Source: Candidatus Omnitrophota bacterium
GTDB taxonomy: Bacteria; Omnitrophota; Gorgyraeia; Zapsychrales; JAKLDJ01
Assembly: GCA_022703585.1 (NCBI GenBank)
Contig: JAKLDJ010000007.1
Coordinates: forward strand, 25,338-89,337
Reading direction: 5' to 3'
Length of the DNA stretch: 64,000 nucleotides
Shown here piece after piece: positions 1-10,900 of this stretch (its first letter is position 1; the number at the start of each line of letters is the position of its first letter). The notes beneath the pieces were generated by a model that was not told where the DNA came from, did not search any database, and was given only the letters and a program-made list of their open reading frames with translations. The position numbers and the translations under genes were made by a program.

Positions 1-422
1 AACAGATCAATATTTTTGTAGATAACCGAGCCGGGCGTATTCAAAAAATAGCCGAGTCGATGTCGTTGGCCAATATCAATATCCGGGCGTTGGCAATCCA
101 GGATCGCGGCGAATTCGGGTTGGTTAAGCTTATTGTTAATAAGCCCGATAAAGCGGTCTTGGCCTTGCAGGAAAAGGGTTTTGCCTGCGGGATCAAGGAT
201 GTCCTGGCGGTGGTGATGGAGGACAAGCCCGGCGGATTGTATCAATTGCTTAAAACATTTCCCGAAGAAGGCGTGAATATCCTTGATGCCTATGGGTTTG
301 CGGCAGAAACCATCAAGGGATCGGTATTCTTTATCGAGGTCAAAGATCCCGCCCAGATGACGGCGTTTCTGCAGGGAAAAGGTTATAAGGTCTTAACCGA
401 CCAGGAAATTTACGAGCTTTAA
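1..422 (+). CDS. ACT-domain protein (5' partial; frame is open to the window edge)
   Basis: The frame of ORF 60..422 has no stop back to position 3. The translation shows tandem ACT-like regulatory folds (GLVKLIVNKPDKAVLALQEKGF, GGLYQLLKTFPEEGVNILDAYGF). Confidence 0.6.
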   Translation, partial: QINIFVDNRAGRIQKIAESMSLANINIRALAIQDRGEFGLVKLIVNKPDKAVLALQEKGFACGIKDVLAVVMEDKPGGLYQLLKTFPEEGVNILDAYGFAAETIKGSVFFIEVKDPAQMTAFLQGKGYKVLTDQEIYEL

Positions 423-561
423 ACCCGGATTTTGTACAGCCCCACAGAGGCGGGGCAGGCAAAATTCGCCCGAAGGGCCGTTACGTCCCGACATATGAAT
501 TTTATTGTCGGGACTAACGGGGTTAACCCCGTTAAAGGCGGGGTTAGGATAAGATCAAGCC

Positions 562-948
562 ATGACAGAACCCCAAGGATTTTCCGCCGCTCCTTTTGAA
601 CAGTATGTCCCTCTTGAGATCCTCGAGCGTAAAGACGGCTTTGCCAAAATACGCTTACCTTACAAAAAAGAATTAACCAACCCCTATGGCCTTATGCATG
701 GCGGGGCCATTGCCACTCTTGCCGATACCACGATGGCGCATGCTGTCTATTCCCGGTATCCACAGAATAAATTCTTTACCATCAGCCTAAAAATTGAGTT
801 TAAATCTCCCGTTAGCACAGGATATGCCGTTGCCGAAGCCAAGATTACCAGCAAAAGAAAACAGCTGCTTTTTGGCGACGTTATCGTCCAGGATGATACC
901 GGCAAGACTGTCGCCGTCGCTTCTGCCACATTTTTCCTCAAAATATAA
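562..948 (+). CDS. PaaI/4HBT-family hotdog-fold acyl-CoA thioesterase
   Basis: 128 aa with the PaaI-family motif NPYGLMHGGAIATLADTTMAHAV. Confidence 0.75.
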   Translation: MTEPQGFSAAPFEQYVPLEILERKDGFAKIRLPYKKELTNPYGLMHGGAIATLADTTMAHAVYSRYPQNKFFTISLKIEFKSPVSTGYAVAEAKITSKRKQLLFGDVIVQDDTGKTVAVASATFFLKI

Positions 949-1016
949 TAATTCCTAACAACTTTCCCTGCGTCATATTCGAAGGGTTATTTTTTTATTA
1001 AACAATACACTTCTTG

Positions 1017-1045
1017 TTGACGCGTTAAGAATGCGCATATATAAT
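1017..1045 (+). promoter_or_regulatory. Candidate sigma70 promoter (TTGACG, 17-nt spacer, TATAAT) about 250 nt upstream of the kinase gene
   Basis: Reads cttgTTGACGcgttaagaatgcgcataTATAATgg: near-consensus -35 and -10 hexamers with a 17-nt spacer. Confidence 0.45.
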
Positions 1046-1292
1046 GGACATAAATAATAAAACTAATATTAATATTCTTCCGTCGATGTGAAGAATTGAT
1101 TCGCGGGATAAAGTTTGTGTTGTCTGTGGTCATTTAGCAATAGAGGAAGAGAATGCTGAAGGCAAAAAACATCCCCCCAGAAACTCCTTCCGGTCAGTTC
1201 GGTTCGTTAAATTTAGATTTATTTCCGCTCTCCAGTTCTTTTCCAGCAATATATCCTATGTGTTTCTTTGATTCTTCTCCGGAGGCCGGCCT

Positions 1293-4200
1293 ATGATCTC
1301 CGTATTCTGGCAGGCTCAGATGGACTATGTGTTTTTTGTATACGGAATCGCATTTCTCCTTTTGGGCGCGGTGATCTGGGGGGTGTCTAAACCTTCTTGG
1401 AGTCGCTTACCCTGGAATTATTTGGCCTGGTTTGGATTTTTACACGGCGCCAATGAGTGGTTTGATATGCTGGCGGTAAGCCTTGGCGATTCACCGGATT
1501 TTAAATGGGTTCGTTTGATCATAATGGCGGTTTCTTTCTTACCGTTGGTTGAATTTGGCCGTGCCGGCTTAAAGGCGCAGGGCATATCTGTGCCGGGACA
1601 GTGGATTTATATTCCGCTGGTGGCGCTATCGGGCTGTGGGTATCTTGCCGGGATGAGCGGACTTAACGCCGGTTGCCGCTATGCGCTGGGTTTTACCGGC
1701 GGGTTATTAGCTGGTATTGTTTTTCTAAGGGAACCTCCTCGGGCGGAGGCGAGTCCGCGCTGGTCACTACGCCTGATCGGATGGGCTTTTTTGATTTATG
1801 GTTTTGCGGCAGGGTTAATCGTACCAAAGGCTGGTTTTTTTCCGGCCAATATTCTTAACAATGATGCATTCTTGAATATCACAGGATTTCCTATCCAGGT
1901 CGCTCGTGCTTTGTGTGCTGTTTCAGCTGCGCTTGGGGCCTGGTTTATCTTCGGGTATAAATACGATAAAGACAAAGGGACATATGAATGGCAGTCTTGG
2001 TTTGTTCCTTTCGCGCTTGCCGTGACGTTGGTTGCCGGTTTTTGGGTTGTTAACTGGCGCGGCCAGGTTGCTGATCAAGAACAACGTGATCGTCTAAGTT
2101 CCCAAGTTATCGATATTGCCCGGACGATAAGTTCCAATCGCGTGAATATGCTGTCTTTTTCTGATGAAGATAAGCATAATCCCAGCTATGTGCGCCTACG
2201 TAATCAGATGGTCGCTTATGGCCAGGCTATGGGATTGCGCAGTATCTATAGCATGGCTGTCAGGGGGGATCATATTGTTTTTGGCCCCGAGAGCATTCCG
2301 GAATCTTCTCCTCTGGCTTCCGCCCCGGGAACGATTTATCAGAAACCGCGTCCTGAAGATTGGGAGGCCTTTAAAACCGGTAAGCCTTACACGGTTGGCC
2401 CTGTGGCTGATGAATATGGGACGTTTGTCTCGGCAGGGGCGCCGGTTAGAGATCCTCATACGGGGAAAATAATTCTTATGATCGGGGCAGACATTGATGC
2501 CACGATATTTCAGACGACGGTGGTGCGCGCGCGGATCATGGCGCTTTTCAGCATTTTGATCGTGGTATGTATTATTTTATTCACCTTGAGCATATTAGGA
2601 TGGCGCAATCAGCTTTCAAAGGAGCAGAGAAATAAGTTGCGGTATATTGAAGTATGGCTGACGGTAGTGATCGGAATTATTGCTACGGTCAATGCCGTTT
2701 ATTTTATAAGAGATGAAGAGCAGCGTTACCGTAAAGCTGTTTTTATTCAACTTGCCCGGGCCCAAACGGGAGATATTGTCCAGGCATTTGTAAGCATGAG
2801 GGATTATGAGCTGGGAGGGTTGGCCCGGTTTTTTGACGGAAGCGAGCAAGTGGAATTCAGGGAGTTCCAGGCCTTTGCCGGGCCGCAGGTACGGACAAGT
2901 TTGGTCCGGGCATGGGAATGGATTCCTGCTGTTCCGGCGGAAATGAGGACGGAATTCGAAGAAGGTGTTCATCGGCAGGGGCTGAGTGACTTTACTATTT
3001 TTGAGAAGAATGCAGACGGTGTTAATATCGTTCCTCCGGAAAGGCTTTTTTATTATCCGGTCCAGTATATTGAACCGTTCGCCGGCAATGAGAAAATTCT
3101 TGGTTACGATGTCGGGTCAGAGCCTCTTCGCCGTTCAGCCCTGGAAGAATCAGCGCGTGTCGGCTTTGCGACGGCAACGGAGCCCGTTACTCTCACCCAC
3201 GAAATGGGCGGGCAAAAGGCGATTGTCGTATTTCACCCTGTTTTTAAGCATGTGCCGCTGGATTTTGGCTATGACGTTGATATTGATACGAATTCCCTGC
3301 AAGGATTTGCTGCGGTTGTCGTGAATCTCGGGGATATGCTTAAAAAAACGATCTTTGACTCGGGCGTTCGAACAGCTCTTTTGGGGCCGGCGGATGTTAA
3401 TCTTTACCAGCTTAAAAAGGATGATACGCCTTTATGGATAGCATCTTCGAAGACGGATGACGATCAGCGCCATGCTGACAAAAACAAAGCCCTATTAGAT
3501 TTAGCGGATACCCGGAATTATGTAAGCCCTCTGTTTATGTTTGGGAAGACATACGCTTTGGTTATCCATCCTAAACCGGGTTCAATTGATGCGCCGGTAG
3601 CCTCGAGTATATTCTTTGGATTTATCGGGATTATTTTAACCGGGGCCCTGGCGTACAGTTTATTTTCGGCGTTAAGCCGTGCCGCCAAGGTGGAAGCGCT
3701 GGTTGCTGAAAAGACCGAGGAGTTAAAGTCAAAAGAACTTCAGCTCGGGGCGATTGTTTCCAATGTCCCCGGAGCAATTTACCGCTGTGTCAATGATGTA
3801 CATTGGACGATGGAATTTATCAGCAGCGAAATAGAGAATATTTCCGGATATCCGGTTTCAGATTTTATCAAGAATAAAGTACGCAGTTATGCCAGCATCA
3901 TTTATCCCGATGATGTCACGCTGGTTGATCGGACTATCCAGGATGCAATCAGCAAAGAAGAATCGTATATTATTGAATATCGTATTGTCCATTCCAGCGG
4001 AAAGATAAGATGGGTTTTTGAGAAGGGCCAGCCGATCTTTATCGGAGACGGAAAGCTTGCATGGCTCGATGGTGTTATTTCTGATGTCAGCGAGCGCAGA
4101 AAATCCGAGGAGCAGTTGCGCCATCTGTCGCGTGCGGTTGAGCAAAGCCCCGCGGTTGTTGTCATTACGGACAGAGACGGAAAGATAGAATACGCTAACC

Positions 4201-5171
4201 CGAAATTTGTCCAACTGACCGGATACACACTTAGAGAGGCCGTGGGTCAAAATCCGCGTATTTTAAAGGGCGGAACGGAATCGGCTGAATTTTATAAACA
4301 GCTTTGGAATACTATTCTCGCCGGCAACGAATGGCGGGGAGAATTTCTTAATAAAAAGAAAAACGGAGAATTGTACTGGGAGAGCGCCTCGATTTCTCCC
4401 CTTAAAAATAATCGGGGAGAGATCACCCATTTTGTTGCCGTCAAGGAAGACATTACCGAGCGTAAAAAGCTGGAACGCATTAAGGATGATTTTACCAGTA
4501 CGGTATCTCACGAGTTGCGTACACCCCTGGCGGCCATGAAAGAAGGTATTGGCATTGTCTTGGACGGTACCGCCGGCGAGATCAGCCCGGAGCAAAAAGA
4601 ATTTCTTGGGCTCGCTAAAAGAAACGTTGATCGCCTGGGGCGGTTGATTAATGATGTGCTGGATTTCCAAAAGTTAGATTCCGGGGCGATGACATTTAAG
4701 ATACGGGATGAGGATATCAATTCTGTCATTCGGGATGTAGGGCAGATGATGATGCTTGCTGTAGCCAAGCAAAAAGGTTTGGATCTAAATTTTAATCTTG
4801 GCGAAAACCTTCCTCGGATACCGTTTGACAGGGACAAAATCATCCAGGTCTTGACGAATCTGATCAACAACGCGATTAAATTCACGGATAAAGGGAGTAT
4901 TACGGTTACCTCTTCGCTGGGGGATAACGCCGTTGAAGTCTCTGTCCGGGATACCGGTATCGGCATTAAAGAAGAAGATTTGCCGAAGCTCTTTGGAAAG
5001 TTTACCCAGCTGACCAGCGGCAGCGATAGAAAAACCGGCGGAACGGGTCTGGGGCTGGCTATTTCCAAACAAATTGTTGAATGGCACAAAGGAAAGATCT
5101 GGGCGGAGTCAAAATTTGGCGAGGGGACAACGATTCGTTTTTTCTTACCGATTGGAGAGCGGAGAACTTGA
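1293..5171 (+). CDS. Multidomain sensor histidine kinase: N-terminal polytopic membrane domain, TM-flanked CHASE domain, two PAS/PAC domains, HisKA, HATPase_c
   Basis: 1292 aa. A CHASE-like extracytoplasmic region (WEWIPAVPAEMRTEFEE...LFYYPVQYIEPFAGNEKILGYDVGSEPLRRSALEESARVG) sits between hydrophobic helices. The H-box is HELRTPLAAMKEGIGIV and the G-box is [30 protein letters not shown]. Confidence 0.85.
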   Translation: MISVFWQAQMDYVFFVYGIAFLLLGAVIWGVSKPSWSRLPWNYLAWFGFLHGANEWFDMLAVSLGDSPDFKWVRLIIMAVSFLPLVEFGRAGLKAQGISVPGQWIYIPLVALSGCGYLAGMSGLNAGCRYALGFTGGLLAGIVFLREPPRAEASPRWSLRLIGWAFLIYGFAAGLIVPKAGFFPANILNNDAFLNITGFPIQVARALCAVSAALGAWFIFGYKYDKDKGTYEWQSWFVPFALAVTLVAGFWVVNWRGQVADQEQRDRLSSQVIDIARTISSNRVNMLSFSDEDKHNPSYVRLRNQMVAYGQAMGLRSIYSMAVRGDHIVFGPESIPESSPLASAPGTIYQKPRPEDWEAFKTGKPYTVGPVADEYGTFVSAGAPVRDPHTGKIILMIGADIDATIFQTTVVRARIMALFSILIVVCIILFTLSILGWRNQLSKEQRNKLRYIEVWLTVVIGIIATVNAVYFIRDEEQRYRKAVFIQLARAQTGDIVQAFVSMRDYELGGLARFFDGSEQVEFREFQAFAGPQVRTSLVRAWEWIPAVPAEMRTEFEEGVHRQGLSDFTIFEKNADGVNIVPPERLFYYPVQYIEPFAGNEKILGYDVGSEPLRRSALEESARVGFATATEPVTLTHEMGGQKAIVVFHPVFKHVPLDFGYDVDIDTNSLQGFAAVVVNLGDMLKKTIFDSGVRTALLGPADVNLYQLKKDDTPLWIASSKTDDDQRHADKNKALLDLADTRNYVSPLFMFGKTYALVIHPKPGSIDAPVASSIFFGFIGIILTGALAYSLFSALSRAAKVEALVAEKTEELKSKELQLGAIVSNVPGAIYRCVNDVHWTMEFISSEIENISGYPVSDFIKNKVRSYASIIYPDDVTLVDRTIQDAISKEESYIIEYRIVHSSGKIRWVFEKGQPIFIGDGKLAWLDGVISDVSERRKSEEQLRHLSRAVEQSPAVVVITDRDGKIEYANPKFVQLTGYTLREAVGQNPRILKGGTESAEFYKQLWNTILAGNEWRGEFLNKKKNGELYWESASISPLKNNRGEITHFVAVKEDITERKKLERIKDDFTSTVSHELRTPLAAMKEGIGIVLDGTAGEISPEQKEFLGLAKRNVDRLGRLINDVLDFQKLDSGAMTFKIRDEDINSVIRDVGQMMMLAVAKQKGLDLNFNLGENLPRIPFDRDKIIQVLTNLINNAIKFTDKGSITVTSSLGDNAVEVSVRDTGIGIKEEDLPKLFGKFTQLTSGSDRKTGGTGLGLAISKQIVEWHKGKIWAESKFGEGTTIRFFLPIGERRT

Positions 5172-5172
5172 T

Positions 5173-5535
5173 ATGGCAAAAAAGATTTTGTTTGTTGATG
5201 ATGAATCGGATGTCTCGGCGGTGGTGACATTCCGGTTAAAAAAGGCCGGTTACGAGGTTATTAATGCTGTCAACGGCCAGGAAGCGCTGGATTTGGCGGG
5301 CAAGGTCAATCCGGATCTCATACTTCTGGATTTGCGCTTACCGATTATTTCGGGGGAAGAGGTTTGTGAAAGAGTGAAATCTGACGAGAGGTTGAAAAAT
5401 ATCCCCGTCATTTTGTTCACTGCCAGTGTTGATAATATGGAAGATAAGGTCAAGAGGACAGGGGCGGATGATTTTATTACCAAACCTTTTGATCCGGAAC
5501 AGTTAATGCAAAAGATAAAAAAACTTATAGGATAG
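5173..5535 (+). CDS. Stand-alone response regulator receiver (CheY-like)
   Basis: ATG lies 2 nt after the kinase stop. MAKKILFVDDESD...DLILLDLRLP...KPF are receiver-domain hallmarks and there is no output domain. The listed ORF 5074..5535 has an artefactual N-terminal extension overlapping the kinase. Confidence 0.85.
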   Translation: MAKKILFVDDESDVSAVVTFRLKKAGYEVINAVNGQEALDLAGKVNPDLILLDLRLPIISGEEVCERVKSDERLKNIPVILFTASVDNMEDKVKRTGADDFITKPFDPEQLMQKIKKLIG

Positions 5536-5545
5536 GAGTGTCCTG

Positions 5546-5938
5546 ATGAGCAAAAAAGTTATTTTATTGGTGGATGACCAGGAAGATTTGCGTAAGGTTA
5601 TAGGTTTACGGATTAAAAGCTGGGGTTACGATCTCATCGAAGCTCAAAACGGACAGGAGGGCATTGATGCGGCCAAAACCCAAAATCCCGATATCATTAT
5701 TCTCGACTACATGATGCCGGATATGGACGGGATTAGCGTCTTGGCTGAAATACGCAAGACCAATAAGACTATCCCCGTGGTTATGTTCACGGCTTATCCC
5801 AATAAGATGTCCATGCTGGAATCTGAAAAGTTGGGCGTCAGCTCATTTGTCCCGAAACTAAGCACCTATTCCGACATCCAGCCCCTTTTAAAGGCGGCCA
5901 TCCATATGGCGGAGAAAAAGCAGGATAAGGACGCGTAG
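5546..5938 (+). CDS. Second stand-alone response regulator receiver
   Basis: 130 aa, VILLVDDQEDL...IIILDYMMPDMDG...MFTAY, receiver domain only. Confidence 0.85.
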   Translation: MSKKVILLVDDQEDLRKVIGLRIKSWGYDLIEAQNGQEGIDAAKTQNPDIIILDYMMPDMDGISVLAEIRKTNKTIPVVMFTAYPNKMSMLESEKLGVSSFVPKLSTYSDIQPLLKAAIHMAEKKQDKDA

Positions 5939-5989
5939 GTCTCTAAAAAAGTTCATATCATAAAACCTCTCTAATCGCAGGAGCCTGTA

Positions 5990-6577
5990 ATGAAAGTTAT
6001 CGCTTTTAACGGTAGTGCCCGCCGGGACGGCAATACCGCTATCCTTATTAATAATGTATTTCATGAGCTTCAAAAAGAAGATATAAAAACCGAGATGGTC
6101 CAGCTGGCCGGCCAATCCCTCCGGGGCTGTACCGCCTGTGGCCAATGCCTGGTCAATAAAGACCGGCGGTGCGCCGTTACAGATGACATTATTAATGAAT
6201 GTATTGAGAAAATGCTCGAAGCCGACGGGATTATCCTGGCGTCTCCGACCTATTTTGCCGATGTGACTGCCGAACTTAAAGCGCTAATTGACCGCGCTGG
6301 CATGGTCGCCAAGGCTAATAATGATATGTTCAGGCGTAAAGTCGGCGCGGCGATTGTCGCGGTGCGGCGCGCCGGGGCCATTCACGCCTTTGACTCCATC
6401 AACCATTTCTTTTTTATCAATCAAATGATCGTACCCGGTTCCAGTTATTGGAATGTTGGCATAGGCCGCAAAGTGGGCGAAGCGGCTGATGACGAAGAAG
6501 GCATAAAGACAATGAAGGTCTTGGGGCAAAATATGGCATGGCTGCTAAAGAAAGTTTCTAACACCCCAAAAAATTAG
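5990..6577 (+). CDS. Iron-sulfur flavoprotein (Isf) / NADPH-dependent FMN reductase family
   Basis: 195 aa with a flavodoxin-like fold ([16 protein letters not shown]) and a compact Cys motif ([15 protein letters not shown], i.e. C-x2-C-x2-C-x7-C) typical of Isf proteins. Confidence 0.75.
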   Translation: MKVIAFNGSARRDGNTAILINNVFHELQKEDIKTEMVQLAGQSLRGCTACGQCLVNKDRRCAVTDDIINECIEKMLEADGIILASPTYFADVTAELKALIDRAGMVAKANNDMFRRKVGAAIVAVRRAGAIHAFDSINHFFFINQMIVPGSSYWNVGIGRKVGEAADDEEGIKTMKVLGQNMAWLLKKVSNTPKN

Positions 6578-6789
6578 GTTTTTGTAGTTATTCCTGTCAA
6601 AATCGAGTGGGTGCTGCCCTTGACTTCCTTAAATTAAAAGGATTTGTATCCAGAAGAGACAAGGGCTGCACTTGTTTCTTCCTAATGTTGATCTTTTTAT
6701 TCTGAGGAGAACAAGGCTGTGCACAACAAACTGTTAACAACTTATATTAACGATGCACTAGCCAGTAAGAAGGTGAAAAGGAGATCTTT

Positions 6790-7932
6790 ATGTTTGATTT
6801 CTTAAAAAGGAAAAAGCAGGTTTTCTTTTGCCTGTTGGCATTGTCGGCCTTTAGTTTTGTCGCGGGTTGCTCTAAGGCAAAAGAGCCGCCCCGTGCTCCC
6901 GTCGTGGAGGTAGTACCGGTTATCATCCAGGATGTGCCCGAAACGGCAGAATGGGTGGGATCAATCGACGGCTCCGTCAACGCCCAGATCCGGGCGCAGG
7001 TTTCCGGATACCTCATTAAACAAAATTATCAAGAAGGAAGGTTGGTCCAGGAAGGCGATGTCCTCTTTGAAATAGACCCCCGGCCTTTCGAGGCAAGCCT
7101 GGCAAAGGCACAGGCCACGTTAGCCGAGTCCCAGGCGCGGTGGGAAACGGCTAAATCGACGTATGCGCGTGTTAAGCCGCTGGCCGATCAAAATGCCTTG
7201 AGCAAAAAAGATTTGGATGATGCCTTTGGCGACCAGGAAACCTCTGGGGCCCAGGTCCAGGAGGCGAAGGCCATGGTGGACAAGGCGCAGCTGGACCTGG
7301 AATTTACAAAAATAAAATCTCCTATCACGGGAATTGCCGGTTTGGCCAAAGTCCAAATCGGCAATTTGGTCGGACCGTCGACGGCTGAAGAGTTGACAAC
7401 CGTCTCGACCCTGGACCCCGTCAAAGTTTATATCGAAATAAGCGAGCAGCAGTATTTAAAGACGTCGACGATGTATCCGGAGGCCAAAAACACTCACGCA
7501 CTCGAACTTTATCTCACCGACGGTTCGCTTTTTTCCAAAGAGGGTTATTTCGTATTTGCCGACCGCCAGGTGAATCCTACGACCGGGACGATGAAGGTTG
7601 CGGCTTTCTTCTCCAACCCAAAGAATCTCTTGAGGCCGGGGCAATATGCGCGCCTGCGGGCCACTTTGGCCGTGCATAAAGATGCCAAGCTGGTTCCTCA
7701 AAAATCCGTAATCCAGATGCAGGGTGTCAATCAGGTAGCCGTTGTCGGAAAAGATAACACGGTCGAAATCCGTTCCGTACAATTAGGAGGGGAAAACGGG
7801 GAATATTTTGTCGTCCAGGACGGGTTAAACGGCGATGAAAATGTGGTGGTCGAGGGCCTTGAAAAAGTGAGAAGCGGATTAAAGGTTGACCCCAAACCCT
7901 CCGCAGAGAATTTTGGAGACGGAAAACCATGA
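6790..7932 (+). CDS. RND efflux periplasmic adaptor (membrane fusion protein) lipoprotein
   Basis: 380 aa with a signal peptide and lipobox (FVAGCS), HlyD/AcrA-like coiled-coil and beta-barrel segments. The stop overlaps the permease start (ATGA). Confidence 0.85.
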   Translation: MFDFLKRKKQVFFCLLALSAFSFVAGCSKAKEPPRAPVVEVVPVIIQDVPETAEWVGSIDGSVNAQIRAQVSGYLIKQNYQEGRLVQEGDVLFEIDPRPFEASLAKAQATLAESQARWETAKSTYARVKPLADQNALSKKDLDDAFGDQETSGAQVQEAKAMVDKAQLDLEFTKIKSPITGIAGLAKVQIGNLVGPSTAEELTTVSTLDPVKVYIEISEQQYLKTSTMYPEAKNTHALELYLTDGSLFSKEGYFVFADRQVNPTTGTMKVAAFFSNPKNLLRPGQYARLRATLAVHKDAKLVPQKSVIQMQGVNQVAVVGKDNTVEIRSVQLGGENGEYFVVQDGLNGDENVVVEGLEKVRSGLKVDPKPSAENFGDGKP

Positions 7933-10900
7933 CCAAATTCTTTATCGAGCGGCCGATAGTCGCTATTGTTATTTCCATTTTTATGGCCATCGGCGGTGCG
8001 GTGGCGCTATCGCAACTTCCGATAGCCCAGTATCCTAATATTGTCCCGCCCGAGGTTCAAATAAAGGCCAATTATACCGGGGCTGATGCTTTAACCCTTG
8101 AGCAATCCGTGGCAACACCCATCGAGCAGCAGATGTCGGGCGTTGACAACATGAATTACATGTATTCAATCAATGCCAATAACGGGCAGATGTCGCTGAA
8201 GGTTAATTTTGATATTGCCAGCGATCCTAACACGGATCAGATCTTAGCCCAGATGCGTGAGTCCCAGTCGGAAAGCCAATTGCCCGAGGATGTGCGCGCC
8301 CTCGGCGTGACGGTTCAAAAATCGATGGCTTCGCCATTAATTATGTTCGCGATCTATTCGCCTAAAGGGACGTACGATAACATCTTTCTGGCGAATTACG
8401 CGTATATCAATATGAACGACCAGATGACCCGTGTTCCCGGCATTGCCAGTGTTACGATCTTCGGCTCCGGGCAATACGCGATGCGGGTTTGGGTCAAGCC
8501 CGACGAGCTGGCAAAACTCAACATAACCATCCCCGATATCAGCCGGGCGATAGAATCCCAAAATAGTGTTAATCCGGCGGGAAAAATAGGCGGTGAGCCC
8601 GTTCCCCCGGGGCAGGTCTTTACCTATGCCGTTCGGGCCGAAGGCCGGCTTCAGACACCGGAGGAATTCGGCAATATTATCGTAAGGGCCAATCCCGACG
8701 GCGGGATCGTGAGGCTTAGGGATGTGGCGCGCATAGAATTGGGCTCGCAAAGTTACGACGTCGAAGGGCGTTTAAACGGAAAGCCATCGGCCTTGATTGC
8801 CTTGTATCAATTACCGGGAACCAATGCGATTGCAGCGGCGCAAGGGGCTAAAAAGCTGATGAATGAAATGGCGCAGCGTTTTCCTCCGGACATGGAGTAT
8901 ACGACCGCGCTGGATACGACTCTCCCCGTCACCGAAGGCATCAAAGAAATTTCACAAACTCTCTATCAGGCGCTCTTGCTTGTTATCCTGGTTGTATTTA
9001 TTTTTCTGCAGGGGTGGCGCGCGACCCTGATTCCTACCCTGGCTGTTCCGGTGGCGCTGATCGGGACATTTATGGTATTTCCTCTGTTGGGATTTTCGAT
9101 TAATACCTTGTCCTTGTTTGGCCTGGTTTTGGCTATAGGGCTTGTGGTCGATGACGCCATTGTTGTCGTCGAAGCGGTCGAGCGGCATATCGAAAACGGA
9201 TTAAATCCAAAAGAGGCGGCGGTTAAGGCTATGGAGGAGGTTTCGGGGCCGGTTATTGCGATTGCGATTATCTTGGCGGCTGTTTTTATTCCCACGGCTT
9301 TTATCCCGGGCATCACCGGAAGTTTATATCAGCAGTTTGCTATCACGATTGCTGTTTCTGTTATCATTTCGGCTTTTAACGCGCTTTCGCTTTCTCCGGC
9401 CTTGTCAGCGATGCTTTTAAAACCTAAGCACGAAAACAAGCCGGGAATTTTAAGCGGATTTTATAATGGCTTCAATAAAATGTTTGGCAGGGTTTCCGGT
9501 GGATATGTTCAATTGTGCCGGTATCTTATTCGTAAAAGTCTCATATGCTGTTTGTGTATTGCCGCTGCCGGTATTTTGGCATGGGCTGTGGCGTCGCGGG
9601 TTTCTTTCGGATTCCTGCCCGAGGAGGACCAGGGGTATGTCTTTGCCGGCATTCAGCTTCCCCAGGCGTCTTCGTTACAGCGCACCAGTGAGGCAGCCAG
9701 AAAAGTTGAACAGGAATTGGCGAAAATCCCGGGTATAAAAAATTATTCGACGGTTTTAGGCTACAATATGCTCAGCCAAGTGAACAATACTTACAGCGCT
9801 TTCTTTTTTATCAGTTTCAATAAATGGGACGAGCGTGTCAAGCCGCAGGAAAAATACCAGGCTTTGATGGGTGGAATCAATAAGGCGATTGCGCAGGTTC
9901 CGGATGCGGTCGGCTTTGCCTTTTCGCCTCCGGCGATTCCCGGTATCGGAACCTCCGGTGGGGTTACCTTTATCTTGGAGGACCGGTCGGCGAAAGACAT
10001 GGCATTTTTGGCAAAAAATACAACAACCTTCGTGGAGGCAGCGCGTAAACGCCCTGAGATTGCCAGCGTCATGACCACATTGCTTCCGGCGGTGCCGCAG
10101 GTCTTTATTGATATCGACCAGGATAAATGCTTAAAGCAAGGGGTGGATTTGGCTGATGTCTACGGGACCCTGCAGGCGTATATGGGGTCAAGCTTTGTGA
10201 ATTATTTTAATGCCTTCGGCCGTCAATGGTCGGTTTATATCCAGGCGGAAGGCCAATACCGTACCCGCGCCGACCAACTGCAACAGTATTATGTGCGTAA
10301 CGCTAGCGGTGAAATGGTTCCGCTCTCGGCTTTGACTTCGGCCAGGTCCATCGTCGGGCCGGAGTTTACCATGCGGTATAATTTATACCGTTGTGCCCAA
10401 ATTAATGCCACCGCCCGCCCGGGCTATAGTTCCATGCAGGTAATGAAGGCGATGGAAGAAGTTTTTCGCGAAGTGATGCCCTCGGAAATGGGATTTGATT
10501 ACATGGGCATGAGTTTTCAGGAAAAGAAAGCGCAAGAAGGGGTGAGCCCGGTGGCGATATTTGCATTATCGCTGTTATGCGTATTCTTGATTTTGGCGGC
10601 CCAGTATGAAAGCTGGTCGTTGCCGTTAAGTGTTTTGTTGGCGACCCCCATCGCTATCCTGGGCGCATTTACAGGGCTGTTGGTGCGGGGGATGGAAAAC
10701 AATGTCTATGCCCAGATCGGGCTGGTCATGTTAATCGGCCTGTCGGCTAAGAATGCTATTTTGATCGTTGAATTCGCGAAGATGGAACACGAAAAAGGAA
10801 AAGACCTTCTTGAGGCAGCTTTGGAGGGGGCGCGATTGCGGCTTAGGCCGATTCTGATGACGAGTTTTGCTTTTATCTTAGGGTGTATTCCCTTAGCCAT

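Noticed and set aside
5074-5172. An upstream ATG giving a 153-aa version of the first response regulator that overlaps the kinase 3' end
   Set aside because: The receiver-domain homology begins at MAKKILFVDD, right after the kinase stop, and the extension is not receiver-like.
4508-5230. A 240-aa ORF on the minus strand inside the histidine kinase gene
   Set aside because: It is entirely antisense to a well-supported 1292-aa kinase CDS and shows no domain signature or RBS, so it is probably a spurious open frame.
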